DNA of 64,000 nucleotides from Candidatus Latescibacterota bacterium (GTDB lineage Bacteria; Latescibacterota; UBA2968): NCBI GenBank assembly GCA_965116885.1, contig OZ220741.1, positions 2,976,001 to 3,040,000 of the forward strand, read 5' to 3'. Shown piece by piece: positions 54,331 to 64,000 of this stretch (position 1 is its first letter; each line of letters starts with the position of its first letter). The notes under the pieces were generated by a model. It saw only the letters and a program-made list of their open reading frames with translations, ran no database searches and was not told where the DNA came from. The position numbers and the translations under genes were made by a program.

Positions 54331-55368
54331 CTATAATATCATCATTGCATCGCCGTAGCTGTAAAACCGATAGGCTTCGCGCACGGCTTCGCGGTATGCT
54401 CGCATCGCAAAATCGCGCCCCATGAATGCGGCGATGAGCATGAGCAAAGTGGATTCTGGCAGATGGAAATTTGTGATTAGACCATCTACCAATCGAAAAT
54501 TGTAGGGCGGATAGATAAAGATGTGCGTCCAGTCCGAGCCTGATTTTAGTTGCCAATTTGATCCGATTTTCACTGCTGCGGACTCAAGTGTGCGCACCGA
54601 GGTCGTTCCCACTGCTATGACGCGCCCGCCATTTGCCCGGCATCGGTTGACGGTTTCTGCCGCGCTTTCATCAATTTTCCAAAATTCCGCACCCATTTTG
54701 TGGTCGCGCACATCGTCTGCTTTCACGGGTTTGAATGTGCCGGGTCCTACATGTAGCAGGATTCGCGCTAAGCTCACGCCCAATGCTTCAATTTTTGCCA
54801 ATAGATCGGGGGTAAAATGAAGCCCTGCGGTAGGAGCGGCGACAGATCCGCGCACGCGCGCATAGACCGTCTGATACCGATCTTTGTCAGAGGCGCGATC
54901 TTCTCGACGAATATAGGGCGGCAATGGTACATGACCATGCGTTTTTAGGAGTTCGTCAAGTGATCCTTTGCCCTCAAACCGCACGCGGCGGTTGCCCGAA
55001 TCGAGTACATCTTCGACAGTGGCAATCAGGTCAGATCCTTCAAAAGCAATTTCAGCCCCAATGCGCAATCGCCGCCCGGGTCGCGCCATTACTTCCCAGC
55101 TATCGCCATTGGGATGCAGCAGCAAAAGTTCTACCGCGCCTCGAGTGATTGGCCGGTATCCTTTTAATCGCGCGGGAAATACCCGCGTTTCGTTCAATAC
55201 CAGACAATCGCCCGCGCGCAAGAAGTTGGGCAATTCCCGAAATGTTCGATGTTCAATCTCGCGGTGCGTGCGATTTGCCACCATCAAACGGGACTCATCG
55301 CGCTCAGCCGTTGGGTATTGTGCGATCAGGTAGTTGGGTAATTCGTAATAAAAATCAGAACGCTTCAC
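54331..55368 (-). CDS. queA: SAM:tRNA ribosyltransferase-isomerase
   Basis: DFYYELP..LIAQ.P, PLPPYI, RYQTVYA, GSVAAPTAGLHF, LHVG.GTF, AVGTTSVR.LE, TNFHLP.STL, YRFYSYGDAM. Confidence 0.96.
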   Translation of the reverse strand: MKRSDFYYELPNYLIAQYPTAERDESRLMVANRTHREIEHRTFRELPNFLRAGDCLVLNETRVFPARLKGYRPITRGAVELLLLHPNGDSWEVMARPGRRLRIGAEIAFEGSDLIATVEDVLDSGNRRVRFEGKGSLDELLKTHGHVPLPPYIRREDRASDKDRYQTVYARVRGSVAAPTAGLHFTPDLLAKIEALGVSLARILLHVGPGTFKPVKADDVRDHKMGAEFWKIDESAAETVNRCRANGGRVIAVGTTSVRTLESAAVKIGSNWQLKSGSDWTHIFIYPPYNFRLVDGLITNFHLPESTLLMLIAAFMGRDFAMRAYREAVREAYRFYSYGDAMMIL

Positions 55369-55392
55369 TGGACGAGTTTTTGAAAAAGTGAG

Positions 55393-55426
55393 AAGTATCC
55401 GCAGATGGACGCAGATGGACACAGAT
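55393..55426. repeat. CGCAGATG-type short repeat element
   Basis: aagtatccgcagatggacgcagatggacacagat; near-identical to 21989-22014 and related to 31842-31858. Confidence 0.65.
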
Positions 55427-55446
55427 ACCGGCAGTACTGTATCGTA

Positions 55447-56226
55447 TCATTCAAAGAGCGATGGAAAGTGACGGTGGGGTTCTGCTGGCTCTCTGAAGAG
55501 AATTTGCTGGCGCAGTGTCAGTTCTGTGTTGGTTGGCGGTTGTACGCGATTGGGTCTCCAGGCGGTGTGCGCTACGCAGTATTTATAGAGGAGAGAGCGG
55601 CGTTCGTGCTTGCCGTACCAGGCCGATGTTCCGTGCGTTAGAGCTTCGGTAAATAAAATGGCAGAGCCAGCGGGTGCATGCGGAATGATTATAAGGGGCG
55701 ATTTTTCGGGGGTATCGAATATCTTTTTGGGCAATCGGTAGTTGCTTTTGTGGCTACCGGGAATGCAGCAGAATCCCCCGTGGTCCGGTCCCGCGTCTGT
55801 GAGGCTCCACGCGACAACCATGAATCCGTCGGTGATCTCGTGTTTTGGAAAATTATAGTATTTGCCCGGCACTGATCCAGAAATGGGCGACATGGCACCG
55901 TAGTCGGCGTGCAGGCGTCCTCTACCCATACCCGCTTTCATATACATGCCATAGAGGCGATCAAGGCGAAAGCAGTCGCCCAATCGGAAGCGCAATATGG
56001 GCATAATTTGAGGGTGATCGAGGAGGTCGCAAAAGGGCTTGCCCCATTGCAGAAAGCCCGGGCCGTCCGGTGCGCTGCCAAATCGCTGCGTTTTGCCCGG
56101 TGAGGGCAGTTTTTGTTGGTCAAATAGCGCATTGAGTGTTGCCACTTCATCTGCGTTTAAGACATTTTTAACGACGAGGTAGCCTTGCAAGTCGAGCAGG
56201 TACTGTTGTGTTTCAAGGTCTTCCAT
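55447..56226 (-). CDS. PhyH family dioxygenase
   Basis: LDLQGYLVV..VL, LHAD, IPGSHK, FTEALTHG...W....ERR. Confidence 0.88.
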   Translation of the reverse strand: MEDLETQQYLLDLQGYLVVKNVLNADEVATLNALFDQQKLPSPGKTQRFGSAPDGPGFLQWGKPFCDLLDHPQIMPILRFRLGDCFRLDRLYGMYMKAGMGRGRLHADYGAMSPISGSVPGKYYNFPKHEITDGFMVVAWSLTDAGPDHGGFCCIPGSHKSNYRLPKKIFDTPEKSPLIIIPHAPAGSAILFTEALTHGTSAWYGKHERRSLLYKYCVAHTAWRPNRVQPPTNTELTLRQQILFREPAEPHRHFPSLFE

Positions 56227-56394
56227 AATGCCCTCCTGTTGTTTTTAGATGATGTGGTGTAGTGTCCTGGAGTATCATCTTGGTTGGACTATATTAGATT
56301 TCGACTTTGGACGCAAGGAGAAAGACCAGCAAACGGTTGGTTGCAAAATCAGGTGGGACGCATTATATTTCTCCGGGCTTTATTATTTTATGCG

Positions 56395-56429
56395 AAAGAA
56401 ACGGTGTATATCGCACCGTTTCTTTTTTT
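56395..56429 (+). terminator. Terminator-like hairpin 20 nt upstream of a start codon (possible attenuator)
   Basis: aaagaaacggtg-tatatcg-caccgtttcttttttt. Confidence 0.65.
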
Positions 56430-56449
56430 CCGAATAACAGGAGTGTGCT

Positions 56450-57490
56450 ATGGCAGTTAAAACATGTCTTATGGTGGGCGGCGGTGGTATGGCAGGGGGC
56501 TGGATCAATCGCATGACGCAAAAATTTGGAGATCGCATCAAAATTATCGGTCTCGTCGATGTCAATCGGGATGTGCTGGACCGTCAGGCGCAGGCACTTG
56601 GCCTGTCTGAAGATCAACTTTTTACCTCATACGAAGATGCTGTGTCCGCTGTCAAAGCCGATTTTTGTGGTGTGGCAACACCGCCGCCGTTTCACGCGCC
56701 GGCAACGGTTGCCGCGCTTGAGGCGGGCATGCCTGTGATATCTGAGAAGCCGATTGCAGATACGCTCAATGCGGCCAAAGACATGGTTCGCGCTGCCCAA
56801 AAGACGGGCTTGCCCTGCGCCATTATTCAAAATTATCGCTATGCTCGAAACAAACAGGAACTCGTTCGCATTCGCAATGAGGGGCGTCTTGGTCGGCTCC
56901 AGCATATTGTTGGGCGCTATGCCTGCGATTACCGGGAATTTGAGTCGTGGGGCAAAGCCTGGCGGCATACGATGGAATTTGGTCTTCTCTTTGAAGGCTC
57001 GGTGCATCATTTTGACATGCTGCGGTTTCTTTCGGGTGGCGATCCCGATACGCTTATGGGATTTGGCTGGAATCCCGAATGGTCGAGTTTTGATCACCAT
57101 TCAAGCGGGATGTATCTCGTGAATATGGACAATGGCACGCATGCATTTTACGAGGGGAACAGCTCGGCGGCGGGTATTACCAACTGCTGGCACCGGGAAC
57201 ACTATCGCGCTGAATTTGAAGAAGGTACGGTCGAAATTGCCGAAGGTGATACCGTGACTATTCACCGCGTTGGGCAAGAGCCAGAAGTTTATGAAGCACC
57301 TGAAATTGAATGGGAAGGTCACGATCATCTCTTTGATGAGTTTCTCAATTGGCTCGACGGGGGACCGCCTTCCGAGACGCGCATTGAAAAGAATATTATT
57401 TCGTATGCTATGGTTATCGCCGCAATGGAGACGACGCTGGATGGACAGCCGAAGAAAATCGCAGATTATGTTGCGGATCTTGGATTGTAG
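56450..57490 (+). CDS. Gfo/Idh/MocA family oxidoreductase
   Basis: VGGGGMA, ATPP.FH, SEKPIA, QNYRY, HHFD. Confidence 0.9.
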   Translation: MAVKTCLMVGGGGMAGGWINRMTQKFGDRIKIIGLVDVNRDVLDRQAQALGLSEDQLFTSYEDAVSAVKADFCGVATPPPFHAPATVAALEAGMPVISEKPIADTLNAAKDMVRAAQKTGLPCAIIQNYRYARNKQELVRIRNEGRLGRLQHIVGRYACDYREFESWGKAWRHTMEFGLLFEGSVHHFDMLRFLSGGDPDTLMGFGWNPEWSSFDHHSSGMYLVNMDNGTHAFYEGNSSAAGITNCWHREHYRAEFEEGTVEIAEGDTVTIHRVGQEPEVYEAPEIEWEGHDHLFDEFLNWLDGGPPSETRIEKNIISYAMVIAAMETTLDGQPKKIADYVADLGL

Positions 57491-57514
57491 TCATAGATCA
57501 ACTTGCCAAATCGC

Positions 57515-57549
57515 AAAAAGCCCCCCGTAGTACTATTTCGGGGGGCTTT
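57515..57549. terminator. Bidirectional terminator
   Basis: aaaaagccccccg...cggggggcttt between convergent genes. Confidence 0.8.
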
Positions 57550-57563
57550 GAATAGTAAATAGA

Positions 57564-58376
57564 TTAGCAACATCCTATGCTCGACAAGATTCCCCTGATA
57601 TATCCCAGCGTGAATGCGAGGTCACGGTCGATACCCTCAGGCGTTTTAGAGCCGACGCATTCTACGTAGAGGGGACCTGTGAATCCTCCGCCGGTTAGTC
57701 CGGATAAGATGCGGTGAAAATCGACTTCACCATCTCCCGCTGTGGTCTGCACATTGGGGTTGTTCTCAGAGTCCAATGCACAATCTTTTACAATCGCTGT
57801 TGAGGTGTATTTTGCAATATCATCCACTTCCTGCTCTGGGCGCACTTCGCCGCGCGTGTAGTGAATGATGTTGCCCGGGTCGTAGCTTACTGCAAATGCG
57901 GGGTGATTGATCTGGTGATACAGATCGATCAATTCTTTTGCTGTCAGGCTGATGCCCCCGTGTGGCTTGAGGGAAATTCCCAGGTCTAAGGTTTCCGCGT
58001 GTTCGGCTGCACGGCGCATGACTTCGGGATAGATGCCGTAGTATTCTTTTTTGCCCGTTCCCAATTCCAGTATCCACTTTGCGCCGAGTTCGGCGGCGTT
58101 ATCCAATAATTGTTTATACGCATCTACTGCACCATCCACGCCGAGGTCCAACAGTGCTCTGCCGAGCAACATGGATGGGTTGACGCCTGCCTGGGCAGCG
58201 GCTTTTTTGGTGGCTGCGATTTGCGCGGCACTGCTTTCTGTACTTACGGGTATAACCCCATCGTGTGCAAATACGGCTACGTCCGTATATCCCGCGCTTG
58301 CGATGTGTTCACAGGCCTCTGCAAATGACAGGGCGTTGAGAGGCCGCGTTGTGCTGCCAATGACCAGTTCCATCAT
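57564..58376 (-). CDS. Sugar phosphate isomerase/epimerase (xylose-isomerase-like TIM barrel)
   Basis: LKPHGG, YDPGN, VKD, GDGEVDF, FTGPLYVE. Confidence 0.82.
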   Translation of the reverse strand: MMELVIGSTTRPLNALSFAEACEHIASAGYTDVAVFAHDGVIPVSTESSAAQIAATKKAAAQAGVNPSMLLGRALLDLGVDGAVDAYKQLLDNAAELGAKWILELGTGKKEYYGIYPEVMRRAAEHAETLDLGISLKPHGGISLTAKELIDLYHQINHPAFAVSYDPGNIIHYTRGEVRPEQEVDDIAKYTSTAIVKDCALDSENNPNVQTTAGDGEVDFHRILSGLTGGGFTGPLYVECVGSKTPEGIDRDLAFTLGYIRGILSSIGCC

Positions 58377-58397
58377 TTACTCCTTTGCGAATTGTGT

Positions 58398-59198
58398 TCA
58401 TCCGTGGGTACTAATGTCTTTTCCACAATGTGGGCATTTATCGCCGCGATGAGATTCCTGCATGGCTTCGACAAATCCGGAACTCAAAATGCCAGCGGGC
58501 AAGGCAAACATCCCAACGCCGAGTACGGCAATTAATGCCCCGAAGAATTTGCCCAATGGCGTTATGGGAAAGACATCGCCGTAGCCCACGGTTGTCAGCG
58601 TTACTATTCCCCACCACATGGTTGTTGGAATGCTCGAAAATGCCTCGGGTTGTGCATGGTGTTCGACAAAATACATCAAGCTGGATACAATGACCAATAA
58701 AAGTGTTAGTGCAAATGCCACGATATAGAGTTCTCGGCGTTTTTGCCATATTACCTGGCCAAACATTTGCATTGAATGCGAATAGCGGCCCACTTTGAGC
58801 AGGCGAAATAATCGCAACAAGCGCAGGGGGAGCGTGTAATCAGGCGGTATTACAACCAGCAAGAAGACGTAATAGGGAAATATGGCGATGAAATCAATCA
58901 GCGCCAGAGGCGTCAGCATAAATGCCAACCGCCCAGTCAGGGGACGCGCGAATTTTGTATCTGCCGTGCAACACCAGATACGCAGCAGGTATTCAACGGT
59001 GAAGATCAGCACGCATACAGTTTCAAAAAGCTCGATAAATTTGCCATAAGCCTCATTAATTCCCTCGACGGTTTCGAGTATGACCATTGTCACATTCAGG
59101 ACGATGAGGGTGATAATAAAAAGATCAACTGTGCGGCTTAGCAGATCCCCTTCTTCGGCTTTTTCCAGGATTGCGTACAAGTGTGCTTTTGCGGTCAT
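58398..59198 (-). CDS. Voltage-gated potassium channel
   Basis: S4 LRLLRLFRLLK, pore WWGIVTLTTVGYGD, C-terminal CPHCG. Confidence 0.93.
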   Translation of the reverse strand: MTAKAHLYAILEKAEEGDLLSRTVDLFIITLIVLNVTMVILETVEGINEAYGKFIELFETVCVLIFTVEYLLRIWCCTADTKFARPLTGRLAFMLTPLALIDFIAIFPYYVFLLVVIPPDYTLPLRLLRLFRLLKVGRYSHSMQMFGQVIWQKRRELYIVAFALTLLLVIVSSLMYFVEHHAQPEAFSSIPTTMWWGIVTLTTVGYGDVFPITPLGKFFGALIAVLGVGMFALPAGILSSGFVEAMQESHRGDKCPHCGKDISTHG

Positions 59199-59342
59199 TG
59201 CGTTTACCTCCCGCTCCAAAATAGAATTGTTTTGTGCTCTTTACAAGTGAATATTAAGCGGTGAGATGTAAGAGGCGGGAGTCCGCAGTCTCCAGTCCCC
59301 TGTAATGGGTTGCGGGACGGAGTTTATCAAAGGAGATTTTAT

Positions 59343-61310
59343 TTGTCCGATCTTTCAAAAAATCCAATTGTCCGAGTTATTTTTGCGATTATTCTTGCGG
59401 TGGTTCTGGTAAGCGTTTTGCCGGGGAACCGGGAGCGCGTTTTACACGAGCAACTGTTGACTGCGATTCCAAAATTGGCGGAGCAGTTCGGGGATTATCC
59501 GTGGATGCTGTCGCCAGATGCGGATTATATGTTGCAGAAGGCTTTTGCCGAAGCACAAGGACGTCGGCCTGATGCGGCTTCTGAGGGGGAAGGGATTGTA
59601 TTTCGCGGCGTGGCAATTTCCGAGGGTTATCACCTCGTTGCTGTGCGCGGTTCTGATGAACGGGGAGAAGTTTTGTCGCCTGTTACGGCGTGGAGTCTTT
59701 TTCCTCCGGTTGCTGCGATTCTGGTGGCTATTATCAGCGGGCGTCTTATTCTGGGGCTTTCGCTTTCTATTTTCGCGGGGGGCTTTCTCGCATCGCTGGG
59801 TGAACCCCTTTATTATTTGCCGGTTGTTGCGCTGCAAAAATCCCTGATTGGCTATGTTTGGACGCCTTTGGAAAGTTCGTTTCAGCTCTATATTCTCGCG
59901 TTTACTGCAGGGCTTATCGGTATGGTGCGCGTTACCACGCTTTCGGGTGGCAATCGCGGCATTGCCAATGTGCTCGCCCGGCGAGCCGAGGGCGCGCGTT
60001 CAACGCGGTTGGCGGCATTTTTTATGGGGCTTGCCATTTTTTTTGATGACTATGCCAATTCTATTGTGGTTGGCTCTACGTTGCGCCCGATAGCGGATCG
60101 ATTCAGGGTGTCGCGCGAAAAACTCGCGTATATTGTCGATTCGACCGCCGCCCCTATTGCGGGTATTGCGATTATCAGTACGTGGATTGGATACGAAGTT
60201 AGCCTTTTTCAGGATTTGATGACGGATCTCAAGACCGGGCTGTCGGGGTATCAGCTTTTTTTTAATGCTCTCCCTTTGCGTTTCTATTGTTTGCTCACGC
60301 TCACTTTTGTTCTGCTTTCGGCTTATCTTCGCCGCGATTACGGGCCTATGCTCGCCGCCGAACGCCGCGCACAAACAACGGGTCAGGTGATGCGCCCTGG
60401 CGCGACGCCAATGACCGGGCGCGCACAGGATGAAATTGGTCCTGTTGAGGGCGTCCGTCCCGTGTGGTGGGCGGCTGTTTTGCCCGTGCTTCTCGTTATT
60501 GTGTGCGTTATTGGGGGGATGGCTTTTGATACCTGGAATCACGAGAGGGTGCTGGCTGCACGGCGGGATTATGGTTTGATGAGTAGCGCGTTTTGGAGTG
60601 CGTGTTTTTCAAATGCCAATACTGCTCAGGTTCTTTTTATGGCGGCAATGCTGGGTTCCGCACTCGCGATTGCAATAGCTATTACGCGCAGGCATGGTGA
60701 AACAGGTGCGCGGATTATTTCTGTGGGGGATGCTGTCTCGACATGGGCGCGCGGTATTGTCGGTGTGTGGTATGCGATTGTTATTCTGATTCTCGCGTGG
60801 GCGATCAAAGAGGTCTGCGCGGATGCGGGTACGTCAACTTATCTCACCGCAGCACTTTCTCCGCTTATATCCCCGGGACTGCTGCCTTTGTTGATTTTTC
60901 TTCTCGCTGCACTTGTCGCCTTTTCTATTGGCACGTCCTGGACGACTATGGCGATTCTCATTCCTACAGTTGTTCCGCTGGCACATGCGTTGGGGGGGCT
61001 GCCACTAACTATCCTGGCAGCCGCGGCTGTGCTCGATGGGGCGATTTTTGGCGATCATTGCTCGCCTATTAGTGATACTACGGTGATGGCGAGTATCGCA
61101 TCGTCTTGTGACCACCTGGATCACGTTAAAACACAACTCCCCTACGCGCTAACGACGATGAGTGTCGCGGGCATTTTTGGCTATCTGGGGACGGCACTGA
61201 TTTATCCGGGTTGGGTTGGGCTTATTTTGGGACTGATCACTATTCCAATAATTCTTCTCGCTATAGGTAAAAATCCGGATGAGCCCGTCCCGTCTCCCAA
61301 TCGGCTTTAG
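59343..61310 (+). CDS. NhaC family Na+/H+ antiporter-like transporter
   Basis: IFFDDYAN, SREKLAYIVDSTAAP, GTSW.TM, GAIFGDHCSPISDTT, HV.TQLPYA. Confidence 0.9.
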   Translation: MSDLSKNPIVRVIFAIILAVVLVSVLPGNRERVLHEQLLTAIPKLAEQFGDYPWMLSPDADYMLQKAFAEAQGRRPDAASEGEGIVFRGVAISEGYHLVAVRGSDERGEVLSPVTAWSLFPPVAAILVAIISGRLILGLSLSIFAGGFLASLGEPLYYLPVVALQKSLIGYVWTPLESSFQLYILAFTAGLIGMVRVTTLSGGNRGIANVLARRAEGARSTRLAAFFMGLAIFFDDYANSIVVGSTLRPIADRFRVSREKLAYIVDSTAAPIAGIAIISTWIGYEVSLFQDLMTDLKTGLSGYQLFFNALPLRFYCLLTLTFVLLSAYLRRDYGPMLAAERRAQTTGQVMRPGATPMTGRAQDEIGPVEGVRPVWWAAVLPVLLVIVCVIGGMAFDTWNHERVLAARRDYGLMSSAFWSACFSNANTAQVLFMAAMLGSALAIAIAITRRHGETGARIISVGDAVSTWARGIVGVWYAIVILILAWAIKEVCADAGTSTYLTAALSPLISPGLLPLLIFLLAALVAFSIGTSWTTMAILIPTVVPLAHALGGLPLTILAAAAVLDGAIFGDHCSPISDTTVMASIASSCDHLDHVKTQLPYALTTMSVAGIFGYLGTALIYPGWVGLILGLITIPIILLAIGKNPDEPVPSPNRL

Positions 61311-61407
61311 CGTCTGCACTCTATTGTTTTCTTGACTTCTGTTTCTAAGTGATTCATGCATGCCCCTGTCGTATATTTTTTTGTTTGAGATTTCAACGGA
61401 GGTCGCT

Positions 61408-62358
61408 ATGACCATTCAGGAGCAGTTGCACTACGAGCAGGTGAATGATGAGTCGCTGAGTTTTTTCAAAGCGATTGGTGTTGACTATCTGACGATTAAT
61501 CCGTCGATGGATATGCGCGATGGCAAAGACCGCCGCGCGTACTGGGAAGAGACGCGGGATAGAGCTGCTGATCACGGCCTGATTTTGCGGAATGCCGCCA
61601 GCTATGGTTGGGATGAGTTTACTCTGGGTCTGGAAGATCGAGATGAAAAAATAGATGCCTGGTGTATGTTTATCCGCAATTTGGGAGAAGCGGGCATACC
61701 TACTTTGGGATACAATTTCAAGCCGATTGGCAATTTTCGCACAGAGTCGGCGACGGGGCGCGGCGGCGTCAAATACAGCACGTTTGATTACGACGAATGG
61801 GCGCGCGAGCGCGTGTATGTGCCCGACAAAGTAATTTCAGAAGCTGGCATGTGGGAAAATATCGAATACTTTTTGAAGCGCGTGATACCCGTGGCCGAAG
61901 AATACGGTGTGAGGATGGCATTGCATCCGGATGATCCACCCATTCCCGAACCGATGGGCGGGGCTGCTCGTATTGTATCGACGTTGGAGCAATATCACCG
62001 CATCTTTGACCTTGCTCCCAGCCCGTGCAATGCCATGCTATTTTGTCAGGGCTGCGTGGCTGAAATGGGCGAAGATGTTTGCGAAGCGATACGCGATATT
62101 GGCGGTCGGGACAAAATTGTGTACGTGCATTTTCGAGATATTCAGGGTTCGCCGAGAAGTTTTCGAGAGGTGTTTATCGATGAGGGACAAAACGATATGC
62201 ACAAGGCGATGCAAACCTATAAGGATGTGGGGTTTAATGGCCCGTTTATGATGGATCATACCCCCAGGTTCTGGCAATCGGGTACTGAGTGGGCAGGGCG
62301 CGCGTTTGCCGTGGGGTACATGCGTGCGTTGATTCAGGCGGTTTATCAGGAAAGGTGA
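61408..62358 (+). CDS. Mannonate dehydratase (UxuA-like)
   Basis: IRNLG.AGI....YNF, W.N..YFL..VIPVAEE.GVRMALHPDDPP, FCQG, VHFRD, E.FIDEG, DHTP. Confidence 0.88.
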   Translation: MTIQEQLHYEQVNDESLSFFKAIGVDYLTINPSMDMRDGKDRRAYWEETRDRAADHGLILRNAASYGWDEFTLGLEDRDEKIDAWCMFIRNLGEAGIPTLGYNFKPIGNFRTESATGRGGVKYSTFDYDEWARERVYVPDKVISEAGMWENIEYFLKRVIPVAEEYGVRMALHPDDPPIPEPMGGAARIVSTLEQYHRIFDLAPSPCNAMLFCQGCVAEMGEDVCEAIRDIGGRDKIVYVHFRDIQGSPRSFREVFIDEGQNDMHKAMQTYKDVGFNGPFMMDHTPRFWQSGTEWAGRAFAVGYMRALIQAVYQER

Positions 62359-62370
62359 AAGGAGAGCAAT

Positions 62371-63363
62371 ATGGGTAAGAAGCCGGCAAGTTCTCAGAAG
62401 GTCGTCAAGGTTGCCATGATCGGTGCGGGGGGGCGGTCGCGCAGTGTACACTATCCCTCGCTGAACGATATGGACGATGTCAAAATGGTGGCCGTGTGTG
62501 AGTTGAATGAAGTGCGTATGATCGAGGTGGCGGGGGAATACGATATTCCAGCGCGGTACACCAATTATGTGACGATGGTCGAACGGGAGAAACCCGATGT
62601 GGTTTATGCGATTATGCCACCGCATCACATATACGATTTGGCAGCAAATATTATGGAGATGGGTGTTAACATCATCATTGAAAAACCACCTTCAGTAACG
62701 ACTGAACAGGCCAAACAGATGGCGTTGTTGGCGAAAAAGAACAATGTGATTACAGGCGTGACATTCCAGAGGCGGTTTGCGCCAGTGATCCGCACGGGAA
62801 AAGAAATATGTGAAAAAAATGGGCCGGTGCACAGTGCGGCGTCGTATTTTTATAAAAACGAAGTGGGCGGGCAACCCATTTACAAGGGCGCGCTGGAAAA
62901 ACTGACTTGCGATGGTATTCACGCGGTGGATACGCTGCGATATTTGTGTGGTGGAGAGGTAGAAGCCGTGGCGAGCGATGTGCGGCGATTGGACGCTACG
63001 TTTAGAAATATGCACACTGCGCTGGTGAAGTTTTCGTCTGGCGCGACAGGTGTGCTACAAAATTGTTACATGATGGGACGTCGGATGTTCACGGTGGAGG
63101 TGCATTCGACGGGTATTTCGATGTTTGGCGATCCCGAAGAGGGCGGGCAGGTATTTGCCGATGGCAAAGTCGAACCCGTGCGCACGCTCGATCCCTGGAC
63201 GCTGAGCGAAAGCGAGAAGCCACATGTCGCTTTTGGGGCTTATGCCATTAATCGCCATTTTATCGATTGCGTGAAAACGGGCCAACAACCCGAAACAAAT
63301 TTTGAAGATGCGGCAAAATCTATGGAATTGGTCGATGCGATTTACGATTCGCAAATCGGATGA
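62371..63363 (+). CDS. Gfo/Idh/MocA family oxidoreductase
   Basis: VAMIGAGG, IEKP, FQRRFAP, IHAVD. Confidence 0.9.
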   Translation: MGKKPASSQKVVKVAMIGAGGRSRSVHYPSLNDMDDVKMVAVCELNEVRMIEVAGEYDIPARYTNYVTMVEREKPDVVYAIMPPHHIYDLAANIMEMGVNIIIEKPPSVTTEQAKQMALLAKKNNVITGVTFQRRFAPVIRTGKEICEKNGPVHSAASYFYKNEVGGQPIYKGALEKLTCDGIHAVDTLRYLCGGEVEAVASDVRRLDATFRNMHTALVKFSSGATGVLQNCYMMGRRMFTVEVHSTGISMFGDPEEGGQVFADGKVEPVRTLDPWTLSESEKPHVAFGAYAINRHFIDCVKTGQQPETNFEDAAKSMELVDAIYDSQIG

Positions 63364-63394
63364 GACGCGGCAGGAAGTGGTCGGCATAAATAAG

Positions 63395-63426
63395 AAAAGG
63401 CGGGATGTGATAGACCCCGCCTTTTT
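63395..63426. terminator. Bidirectional terminator
   Basis: aaaaggcggg...cccgccttttt between convergent genes. Confidence 0.75.
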
Positions 63427-63446
63427 GTTGTGGATCCGGTTGGATT

Positions 63447-63998
63447 TTACAACAGGTGCCCATTTCCGCGCGTTCGGCGTTTTACTTCGCGCAGAGTGAC
63501 GAGTGACTTTTCGAGTGCATTGGACACGGTTTCGAGGCGTTCGTTGGGTGAGGTATTTTCCAGAAGTTCTTGCTGTTCGTCGAGGGATAAGGTGAGATTC
63601 GCTGCGAGGATGTATGAGAGTGTACCCAGTTCCATGGCGGGTATTGGGGGCGATATCCAGCCCGATGAGAGCTTCAGGGCTTCGGTATAGAGTTTTTTGG
63701 CGCGGTTCCCCAAAGCGATGTCAAAGGCTTCGTCATCGTCTTCTACGTCTTCCACAAAGCCCGATATATACGGATGGATATCGTATTGCTGGATGACGCG
63801 AAAGCGTCGCGTTCCTTCAATCATGATGTTCATTCGGCCGTCGGGAAAACGATTGAGCAGGCCGACAACACGCGCCGTGCATCCGATGTCGCTAAAATCA
63901 TCGTCCGTACCCCATACAAGACCAAATTCGGTATCGTTGTCGAGACACTCACCGATCATTTGCTTGTATCGCTCTTCGAAGATGTGCAAGGGTACACG
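63447..63998 (-). CDS. LON peptidase substrate-binding domain protein (5' end outside window)
   Basis: PLHIFEERY..M, IGC.A, PDGR.NI...G.RRF, EQQELLE....ERL. Confidence 0.85.
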   Translation of the reverse strand, partial: RVPLHIFEERYKQMIGECLDNDTEFGLVWGTDDDFSDIGCTARVVGLLNRFPDGRMNIMIEGTRRFRVIQQYDIHPYISGFVEDVEDDDEAFDIALGNRAKKLYTEALKLSSGWISPPIPAMELGTLSYILAANLTLSLDEQQELLENTSPNERLETVSNALEKSLVTLREVKRRTRGNGHLL

Positions 63999-64000
63999 CC

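Noticed and set aside
54314..54556. N-terminal extension of the dehydratase in the ORF track
   Set aside because: It overlaps queA in another frame; a TTG start with AAGGAG RBS at 54313 gives the normal family N-terminus.

Overview
A bacterial chromosomal window of about 50 genes. Gene content suggests an FCB-group-like organism, but taxonomy cannot be fixed from sequence alone. The backbone is housekeeping and catabolic: dapL (partial), a sulfatase, an NHL/large beta-barrel/Omp85 operon, gdh, nadB, guaA, tRNA-Thr(TGT), ddl, ispDF, queA and several sugar-acid and oxidoreductase genes. Three accessory blocks stand out. (1) 33.9-42.8 kb, the best candidate for an undescribed system: an operon behind a sigma-54-type promoter with two GT-B glycosyltransferases, two small acidic precursor peptides, a cNMP-domain C39-peptidase ABC exporter, HlyD and a cytoplasmic parvulin. 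The precursors share a colinear 37-aa double-glycine-type leader and an 11-residue amphipathic core repeat. This looks like a glycosylated RiPP or secreted glycopeptide pathway. (2) 9.7-16.8 kb: two paralogous sigma-54 activators in which a beta-propeller/Y_Y_Y sensor is fused to the AAA+ domain with no signal peptide or TM helix. They flank a consensus sigma-54 promoter and a superinfection-immunity-like gene. (3) 42.9-48.5 kb: an AT-richer defence islet with a double-domain amino-MTase, a Zn-finger HNH nuclease, a HEPN-like protein and a MITE. Also notable are a lipoprotein fusing a LivK-type binding domain to Cu/Zn-SOD, GTAG-type REP elements, short intergenic tandem repeats and several candidate structured RNAs. 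All calls come from motif recognition by eye; no searches were run.
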